Shown: piece after piece, positions 38,873 through 49,600 of the stretch
Numbering within the stretch: position 1 is the stretch's first letter
How the letters are laid out: each line of letters begins with the position of its first letter
From: Eledone cirrhosa
Lineage: Eukaryota
NCBI GenBank assembly: GCA_964016885.1
Contig: OZ024761.1
Span: forward strand, 17,670,001-17,734,000
Direction: 5' to 3'
Length of the DNA stretch: 64,000 bases
Position numbers and translations under genes: made by a program
Notes under the pieces: generated by a model
Told to the model about the DNA's origin: nothing
What the model saw: only the letters and a program-made list of their open reading frames with translations
Databases searched by the model: none

Positions 38873-41800
38873 GTCCCCTGGTATTCGTGGGGGTTACATT
38901 CCTAGAACACCTGCGAAGAGTGAAAAAACTGCTAATATTGGACGTGATCCATAAAAATGCCAATAAACGTCAAAATATAACTTAAAGTGTAATAAAAAAA
39001 AAAGAGGGAACATCTTATGCGAAGGGGCGTCCAATAGACCGGCAAATATGGAACGTTGTTATTAATAATTTAGCCATTAAAAAATATATATTGTTTCTAC
39101 TTTTTGCACAAGGCCAGCAATTACCCAGTGTATTACTGGTACTTTATTTTATCGACCCCGTAAGGATGAAAGGCAAAGTTATCCTCGGCAGGATTTGAAA
39201 AATATATATTGCCATGAAAAAAGCCATTAAAAAAATTTATGATTCCCCGAATATTCGGTAGTTTCCACGAACAATTATTAGTTAGGCTCTAAGGACAAAA
39301 TCCATGAATAATCGGGACCCGAATGCTGGTGGTACACTGTATATGATGCTGTGTGTTTGTTTATGTGTTGTAGGAACTGCCAAAACCTGTAGACGATGTC
39401 ACTCCTACACAGTCCAACATGATGCAGACAGATGAAATGAAGATAGCATGGCGCTACCAACATCTCAATAAATACCAGGTATGTATGTGTGTGGATGCGG
39501 AGGGGTCTGTGTGGATGTGTGTGTGTGTGTGTGCATCTGTGTATATGTGTGCATGTGGGCCTGTGTATGTGTGTGTGTGTGTGGAGGGTGATATATGATA
39601 TTATGTCTATGTGTGGAAGGAACTGTATTGTGTGTGTGTGTGTGTGTGTGTGTGCATCTGTGTATATGTGTGCATGTGGGCCTGTGTATGTGTGTGTGTG
39701 GAGGGTGATATATGATATTATGTTTGGAAGGAACTGTATTGTGTGTGTGTGTGTGCATCTGTGTATATGTGTGCATGTGGGCCTGTGTATGTGTGTGTGT
39801 GTGGAGGGTGATATATGATATTATGTCTATGTGTGGAAGGAACTGTATTGTGTGTGTGTGTGTGTGTGCATCTGTGTATATGTGTGCATGTGGGCCTGTG
39901 TATGTGTGTGTGTGTGGAGGGTGATATATGATATGTGTATGTGTGGAAGGAACTGTATTGTGTGTGTGTGTGTGCATCTGTGTATATGTGTGCATGTGGG
40001 CCTGTGTATGTGTGTGTGTGTGGAGGGTGATATATGATATTATGTCTATGTGTGGAAGGAACTGTATTGTGTGTGTGTGTGTGTGTGCATCTGTGTATAT
40101 GTGTGCATGTGGGCCTGTGTATGTGTGTGTGTGTGTGGAGGGTGATATATGATATGTGTATGTGTGGAAGGAACTGTATTGTGTGTGTGTGTGTGCATCT
40201 GTGTATATGTGTGCATGTGAGCCTGTGTATGTGTGTGTGTGTGGAGGGTGATATATGATATGATGTGTATGTGTGGAAGGAACTGTATTGTGTGTGTGTG
40301 TGTGTGTGCATCTATTTATATGTGTGCATGTGGGCCTGTGTATGTGTGTGTGTGGAGGGTGATATATGATATGATGTGTATGTGTGGAAGGAACTGTATT
40401 GTGTGTGTGTGTGTAAAAAGTAGTTTTATTACTAAATCCCTCCGAATTCTCGATTTTTTTTTTTTTTAAATCATCATCATCATCATTTAATGTCTGTTTT
40501 TCTTGCTAACAAGGTTATTTAAAGATCAAAAACAGTATCTTTCATTAGAAATATGGTAATGAAAAGTTAAGTTAACCCTTTAGCATTTAAACCGGCCGTA
40601 TCCGGCCAGAATACTCTCACCTCTTTCTGTTCAAACCGACCATAACTGGCCACTCATACTGATATTAAGGTATCATTAGCAAAATACATAACATCAAAAT
40701 ATCATAGATTAGATATGTGAGGTAAAGCCTTTACCAGGAAAATATAATAGTAAATATAGGGTAATGTAAATGCTAAAGGTTGAACTATTAAAACCAACTT
40801 AACAATGACTGAGTTCTTTTCAAATTTCAAATTTTGGCTATTTTTTTTTTTATTTGGGAAATTATTTGAAAATCAGAGGCAGCGTCTTTCATTAGAAATA
40901 TGGCTACAAAAGTATTACATTCCAAACATTAACTTAATGAGATAGCTAGTTATATTACTAAACCCTTTCAAATGCTTCATTATGTACAAAATGGTTTGAA
41001 AATTAGAGGCAGTGTCTTTTATTAGAAATATGTTAATGTAAAGGTTATGTTCAGAAAGTTAGATATATTGTTCAATCCCTCTAAATGCTAGGCAGTGTCT
41101 TTTATTAGAAATATGATAATAAAAGGGTTGTGTTTAGGGAGCTAGTTATATTACTAAATCCCTCTAAATGTTAGGCAGTGTCTTTTATTAAAAATATGGT
41201 AATAAAAGGGTTGTGTTTAGGGAGCTAGTTATATTACTAAATCCCTCTAAATGTTAGGCAGTGTCTCTTATTAGAAATATGGTAATAAAAGGGTTGTGTT
41301 TAGGGAGCTAGCTATATTACTTAATCCCTCTAAATGCGAGGCAGTGTCTTTTATTAGAAACTAGCATTAAAGCCCAGCATTGCTCGGGGGTCAGTAAGTT
41401 ACTAAAATTAGGTTGCACTACCCAATTTGTGGCAGCACTTTTTTGTCTGCCAGGCACTGGGTGAATGAATTGCAGACCTGGACTGCCGAAGCAGGAGCTG
41501 CGCCAGCAGTGACAATTGTAGTTTCGCCTATGGATATTATCTCTGTGCAAAGAAGTGTTGAAATTTATTGTTTCACAGTACTTACGCAACAAGCGCGTAG
41601 ACGATGCCAGCCAAACAACAGAGCTGCGATGGAGTTGTTCTGCATGGTTGTCTAATGTGTGTTTTCTAAATTTAAGACAGTAGGGAGGGGTGTGATATGG
41701 GGGAGAGTTAGCTGCTGTTTCTAGCAGGTTTAGTGACCTCATAGAGGATATTATTGTGTATAGTAAATAAACTGATACTTCTTTCTTCTACGTTCGTTGA

Positions 41801-41956
41801 GAGATGTTTTAAAAAAGATTTATCACTATTTTTTTTGTTGTTGAATAAATTTATCTGTTGCTTTTGAATAATTGTTGTTAGGTATGAAATGTAATAAGTT
41901 CTCTTCGTTGTCATTGAAGTAAATAAATGTTTGACCATTCCAAACTCAAAATCAAA

Positions 41957-42004
<48 letters not shown>

Positions 42005-43626
42005 TCTCTCTCTCTCTTCTTTCTTCCGAGTTCCTAAAGGAAGTTTGTAAGGAGTGGGTTTAAGCGTATATAAGAGAAAGTTGCAGCATGTATGTAGATT
42101 GTATTAGAGGGGTAAAGCGTCATGTATTTAGTTTTATTGATTATTTACATAATTGTGGGTGAGTTGGAAAAAAATAAATAGTCATTGACCTAAGTTAGAC
42201 CATTTACAACATTCATACAGACTTTGAGTCGAATCGGTTTGAAATTGTGCAAATGTATAAACATGGAACATGCACACACACACAACAACAACAATCTGCC
42301 TTTTATAGATAATGATATGGTAATAAAAAGATTAATTTAAATGGTTTAAAACAAAGAAAATCATTTATTTTCATGACCTGAAGAAGTAACATGCTGAAAA
42401 GATTAATTAACGCACCCCATAAACGATTGACATGTAATTAATTAGTAATTTTAATGTCACAACAGCTCAGAAGAATGTGTGGGAATGATGAACTGGTGGT
42501 TGGATTTGGTGAGAAATGGTTCAAAGGTGAGCTTCAGTAAAGAAAGATTTTGGGAAGAAAAAAATCTATCTTTTGTGTGAAATGAAACTGCTACATGTTT
42601 TGTTAAAACATGGGATCTCGTTTAATTAATCTGAAGAAATTAACGAACTTCACACAGAAAAAAAAAGAATGGGTTAAACTGGTGGTGGGGTGGGGGTGGT
42701 GGTTATGTGTGGTGGTGGTGGTGATCATGTGTAGTGATGGTGGTGGTGATGGTGGTGATCATGTGTAGTGATGGTGGTGGTGGTGTTGGTGATAATGGTG
42801 GCAGTGGTAGCGGTGGTGTTGATGTTGATGGCTGTGGTGATGTTGATGATGGTGGTGATGGTGGTGTTGTTGGTGATGGTGGTGGTGGTGGTGTTGGTGG
42901 TAATGGTGGTGGTGGTGTTGATGTTGATGGCAGTGGTGATGTTGATGATGATGGTGGTGTTGTTGTTGGTGGTGATGGTGGTGGTCGTGGTGATGTTGAT
43001 GATGGTGGTGGTGTTGTTGGTGGAGATGGTGGTGATGTTGATGGCAGTGGTGATGATGATGATGATGGTGGTGTTGTTGGTGGTGGTGGTGTCGATGGGA
43101 GTGGTGATGTTGGTGGTGGTGTTGTTGTTGGTGGTGATGGTGGTGGTGGTGGTGTCGATGGGAGTGGTGGTGGTGTTGATGATGATGGTGTACTAGAATT
43201 GTTTTTGGTGGTGTTGAAGGCCCTGCTTGCAATCAAGTCTCTCTCTCTCTCTCACGTACACACTCTCTACCTCGCCCTTGTCTCCCTTTCTCACACACAC
43301 ACTCTCACTCACATTCCCTGACTGCCTCCCCCCATCTCATAAATTATTTCCATCATTTGGTAGGAGAAATAACCTGACACAAATACATAAAGAGCAAGAA
43401 ATTAACAGATTCATTCAAACATCTGATCAAATGCCTTGTGGTATTTGTTCTGGCTCTCTCTCTCTGCTACTCGAGTTCAAATCCCACCGAGGTCAAATTT
43501 GCCTTTCAGCTTTTCAAGATCAATATATATATATAGTACCAGTGGGATACTGGGGTTGATTCTTCCTCTACGTCTCTCCCTCTCTCTCTCACACTCTACC
43601 CCCTCTCTCTTTCTCTCTCCCTCTCC

Positions 43627-43663
<37 letters not shown>

Positions 43664-46600
43664 CACGTGGAGGCACATGGCTTAGTGGTTAGAGCATTGG
43701 GCTTGCAATCGAAAGGTTGTGAGTTCAATTCTTAGACCGGGTGATGTGTTGTTTCCTTGAGCAAGACACTTTATTTCACATTGCTCCAGTTTACTCAGCT
43801 GTAGAAATGAGATGATGATGATGATGATGGTGGGGAGGAGGATGTGTGTTTTACATCTATTATGTATTCGTCCTCTTGTGTTTTCTTCCAGTCTAACCCG
43901 ACAGCAGTCAAGTTTGGCCATTACTATGACCTCAGCCAGTACATGGAGGATGATATGGTGTCCAGTGCTGATGTCACATCAGTGACCCTGCAACAACTCT
44001 CATCTCAAGAACATTTACAGTAACTACAACAATATTTACTATGTTTTTTTTCTTTTCTTTTGTTACACTGTTCCATTGCTGTTGTATGTGTGGGTTGGCT
44101 GGATGTATATATTTATAGTTTCAACAATATTTACTAACTAACTTTTACTTTCTCATTATGAAGCTGGGGTTTGGAGCATAACTTAAAGTTTCTTACATAA
44201 AATTATGAAGGAAGATTTTTAGATGACAATTATTTCTACTTTAGGCACAAGGCCAGTAATTTGAAGGGGAGGGGAAGTCGATTAAATCGACCCCAGTGCA
44301 TTACTGGTGATTTATTTATCAACCCCGTAAACATGAAAGGCAAAGCTAACTTAGGCGGGATTTGAACTCAGAATGTAAAGGGTTGTAACTCAATGCCCTA
44401 AAGCATATTGTCTGACGCTCTACTGATTCTGCCAATCCACCGCCCTTGGTTTTTAGATAGATATTAACACTTTAACCCTTTCATTATAACATTTCTAATG
44501 AAGGACACTGACTATGGTGTTTAAGTCATTTTTAAAATAATCAAGAATTTGTAGGGATTTAGTAATATAACCAATTTTCTCGTTAAGAAATTCAGGTTTG
44601 GAACTTAACAAAGGTTTTTACATAAAATTATGATGGAGAGTTTTTAGATAATTAAGACCATATGTTAGAAGGTAAGTCTGTAGGTAAGTGAGATGCAGAC
44701 CCCGCTGGCCTATCTGGGAGGCCATTAGCCCTGCCTCAGTACTGACTTGGCCTATGTAGACTCGGCCAACCCTTGCTAACAGGGAAAGCAGATGTTAAAC
44801 AATTGATGATGCTAGACACTTTAAAATAAACCAAAGAAGACTTGGACAGAGGTGGTGAGGGTTGATCGCACATGCATTGAGTGGAGATATCTGGTGCTGA
44901 AAAGGATCCGCCAAACTCAGCAAGTGTGGAAAAATGGACATTATAATGATGATGATGATGATGATAATGATAATGAGTTCTGTATCGTAGATATAGGGGC
45001 AATTTCAGTGAGTTTAGTGTGAAAAGGGTTAAGGAGTCTCTTTCTTCTGTTTACTCCTAAATTGACTGTTTCTATTACCTGGTATTTTTCAGTGAGGTAC
45101 AACTTGGAATTGAGCCTACGAACCCTGAGGGGTCAGCTTGTCTACGCTGTCTTCTCTTACATATCCAACAATGCATCCAAGACGGTCAGTTTGGTACCCA
45201 GGACCAACCAGAAAAACACAATGTCTTGAGAATAGGTGACTATATCAGAGTATAACTTCTCTCGTTGTGTGACTATATATGATATGTGATATGTATATAC
45301 AATAATTTACGATATATACAATAATATACTATATATATACTATAATATTCTATATTTACAATAATTTACTATATATACATTATTTTACTACATATACAAT
45401 AATTTACTATATATACATTATTTTACTACATATACAATAATTTACTATATATACATTATTTTACTACATATACAATAATTTACTATATATACATTATTTT
45501 ACTACATATACAATAATTTACTATATATACATTATTTTACTACATATACAATAATTTACTATATATACATTATTTTACTACATATACAATAATTTACTAA
45601 TATACATTATTTTACTACATATACAATAATTTACTATATATACATTATTTTACTACATATACAATAATTTACTATATATACATTATTTTACTACATATAC
45701 AATAATTTACTATATATACATTATTTTACTACATATACAATAATTTACTATATATACAATAATTTACTCTCTTTTACTCTTTAGCCTGTTCCAGCCATCT
45801 GGCTGAGGCCATGCTGGGTACTTCAATAATTTACTATATATACAATTATATAGTACATCTTCTTCTTTGCTCACTTATTCCAGGGAGGGTTGTGGGGGCA
45901 AACAGTCCCTCCAACGGGTCCTGTCAGAAGCAACCATCTCCAACTGATCTGGCTGAATCCTTATATAGTATATATGTGCAGTAATATATTTATACAATAA
46001 TTTCAATTCCAATGCTTTTGTATCTGTTCTAACCAAGTATTTTATTTGTTTCAATTGACAACCAGCCATTCCATCTCTGGGTTCTCCATTGTGGGGTAAT
46101 TTAAAGACTAAGGAATCAGATGGTTTACTGTCTATAGTAGATACAGACCTGTTGCGATTCCTACTGGCACTGAGGGCCATTCTCAGGTCATCCTTCGCTG
46201 TCTGTATGTTGACAGTTCCTTCACTCATCATGGAGGTAAGTTGGAGGAGATTTTCTATCTTTACCCATCATAGAACTTAGTTAAGGTTACTTTCACCCAA
46301 TATGGAGTTGAGTAAAGGCTAGCTTCTATGTTCACTCACACACATATATCCTGGCTAGCAGGGAAAGTTGATGTTAGAATGACAATGATGATTTATATAT
46401 ATATATATATGGAGGCACATGGCTTAGTGGTTAGAGCATTGGCCTTGCAATTGAAAGGTTGTGAGTTCAATTCTCAGACCGGGTGATGTGTTGTTTCCTT
46501 GAACAAGACACTTTATTTCACATTGCTCCAGTTTACTCAGCTGTAGAAATGAGATGATAGGGACTGGGGTATAGATATATAAACAAATATACATACATAT

Positions 46601-49600
46601 ATATATATATATACAAATATATGTATACAAATATACATATACAAATACAAATATATATATATATACATATATACATATATTTAAAGGTTAAACAAGGTTC
46701 AATGAATAAATCAAAGAATGAGTTTTACAATAGATTGGAAGCACTCAATGTCATGCATCATCTTATTTTATCTGATGAGGACGTACTGTTGAGGTTAACT
46801 CAGTACCTCTGAAATATGTATAATAAAATATACTTGATCACAAGAATATCTATTTTGTTAATATTTTGAATTAATATTATACAGATATACATATATACAT
46901 ATATATATATGTACACATCATCATCATCATCTTCGTTTAACGTCCATCTTCCACGCTAGCATGGGTTAGACGGGAGTAGTCCCATTTGAGGTAAGGCTGG
47001 TCGGGTGACCGTGTCTCGCTCGTATAGGACTATCTGGCAGGTTTTCTATGGCTGGCTGCCCTTCCTAACACCAACCACATTTACAGTGTGGACTGGGAAC
47101 TTTTTACTGTGTTACCTACACAGCCACATTACAGCGTGGACTGTGTGTGTTTTTTGTCGTAACACCTACACGATCTCGATCTCATTATCTCATTTATTTC
47201 GACTGGATGTTGTGGTACATATATATATATATACACACATATATATATATATATATATACATAGATACATATATACAGGGTGCGGACAATATTTGTTCGC
47301 AAGATTACTGTCTAGGAAAAAATAATACAGTAGTTTTATTTTTTAAGATTTATTTATCAAACTTGGGTCAGTTTGTCTTCATGACTTGTTCTTTTGATCT
47401 CACTCAATAAACCCGCCATTGGCTTTGATGATGGCCTCAAGGCGGCCTTGGAACTGGCTACAGGCCTTTGTCAATGTCCCCCGACTTAGGCCCCTAAAGG
47501 CACTTGTGATCCTGGCCTTCAGATCGTCTTTCGTATTGCAGCTAGATCTGTTGGCGTCTCGTTCCACTGCGCCCCACACAAAGAAGTTGAGGGGGGTTGC
47601 AGTCAGGCGAGCTGGGAGGCCAGATGTCAGGTGAAGTGTGGTCGATGAAGTTCTCTGACAACCAGGCTTGGGTCTTTTGGCTGGTATGGCAGGGTGCTGA
47701 GTCTTGCTGCCACACGTACGACCTACTTGCAGCTACCTGGTCGATCCAGGGCTTTACTACCTCGCTCAGAACGCGGATGTAGCCATTGGTGTTCAGCTTG
47801 AGGCCCTCAGGGAAGAAGTGAGGTGGGATGACGTCACCTTGACTGCTGACGACACCTAAGACCAATGTTGTCGCTGGAAACTTTGTCTGCATGACTCTGG
47901 GCACGTCTTTGGATGAGACAGCGAGCCACCTGTTGTTCTGGGAGTTGATCTTCTGGTTTTATTTGTCCTCCCGGCGCGGATTCCAAGAAGAACTCCATAT
48001 CTCTTCCACAAATTTGGAGGTTCAAAATTATTCATAATGAATTATTCTGAAAATAAATAATGGAAATATAGTCACTGTTTTTATGAAGATAAGAGTGACA
48101 ACGGAAGTAAAAAAAATGTGCATAAAATTAGCAGTTGAAAATTGCGAACAAATATCGTCCACACCCTGTATATACATAGATACACCTCATTTACACAGAC
48201 GAGAAACCTATATATTCTCGCCTGTCTTCTAGTGTAGCAGTCACAATCGGTGGGAGGGACCGTTCTGACGATGGCCAGTTAAGCCTTAAATGCATAGACG
48301 GTTGTCCCCCTTGCTTCTGCTGGACATCACCAGAGGGCGTTTCCATTCAAATCCCGCCAAGGTTAACTTTGCCTTTCATCCTTACGGGGTCAATAAAATA
48401 AAGTACCAGTAATGCACTGGGTAATTGCTGGCCTTGTGCCAAAAATAGAAACAATTATTATAAGGGCAGTGAATTTAGCAGTACTGGCAGGGGGTCGGAC
48501 GCCATGCTTTGCAACATAGAGTTATTCCCCTTTATGGTCTGAGTTCAAATCCCACCGAGGTTAACTTTGCCTTTCATGCTTACGGGGGTCGATAAAATAA
48601 AGTACCAGTAATGCACTGGGGTAATTGCTGGCCTTGTGTCAAAAGTAGAAACAATTATTTCTTGGTCAATAAAATAAAGTACCAGTAATGCACTGGGGTA
48701 ATTGCTGTCCTTGTGCCAAAAGTAGAAACAATTATTTCTTGGTCAATAAAATAAAGTACCAGTAATGCACTGGGGTAATTGCTGTCCTTGTGCCAAAAGT
48801 AGAAACAATTATTTCTTGGTCAATAAAATAAAGTACCAGTAATGCACTGGGGTAATTGCTGTCCTTGTGCCAAAAGTAGAAACAATTATTTCTTGGTCAA
48901 TAAAATAAAGTACCAGTAATGCACTGGGATAATTGCTGGCCTTGTGCCAAAAATAGAAACAATTATTATGATGATTGCTAAAATGTTCACTGAATTGTTG
49001 TTGGTCTATGCACAGGATGGTAATTTTATCCACAAGATTGAACTCCTGTGTGACACAGTTGTTCACCTGGAGAGTTTTGCTGGGTCCAGTCGTGCGGAGA
49101 ACCCCCTCTATAAGGAATATCACGGTGGGTACACACACAGTTTCATCTCTTCTACCTCCCTACCTTTCATGCACATACATCACATACATACACATACATA
49201 CACATACATACACAAATCACATGTACACACACAGCACATATATATATATACGCACATACATGTACACACGCACACATGTATACACACATACATGTACACA
49301 CATACTTGTATACACAATACTTAGCCTCCTCCTCTGCAGTAATATACAATACTTAGCCTCCTCTTCTGCAGTAATACACAATGCTAAAGTCCCTCAATAA
49401 AGTAACATACAATACATAGTCCCCTCTTCTGCAGTAATACACAATGCTAAAGTCCCTCACAATAAAGTAACATACAGTACATAACCCCTCTTCTGCAGTA
49501 ATATACAATGGTAAAGTCCCTCACAATACAGTAATATACAATACCAACTTCTACAGTAATATACAATACTCAGCCCCCTCTTCTGCAGTCATATACAATG

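Noticed and set aside
42703-43321. Gly-, Pro- or His-rich ORFs (also 13344-13884 and 18240-19019)
   Set aside because: Trinucleotide repeats open in several frames on both strands, with no splice or domain support.
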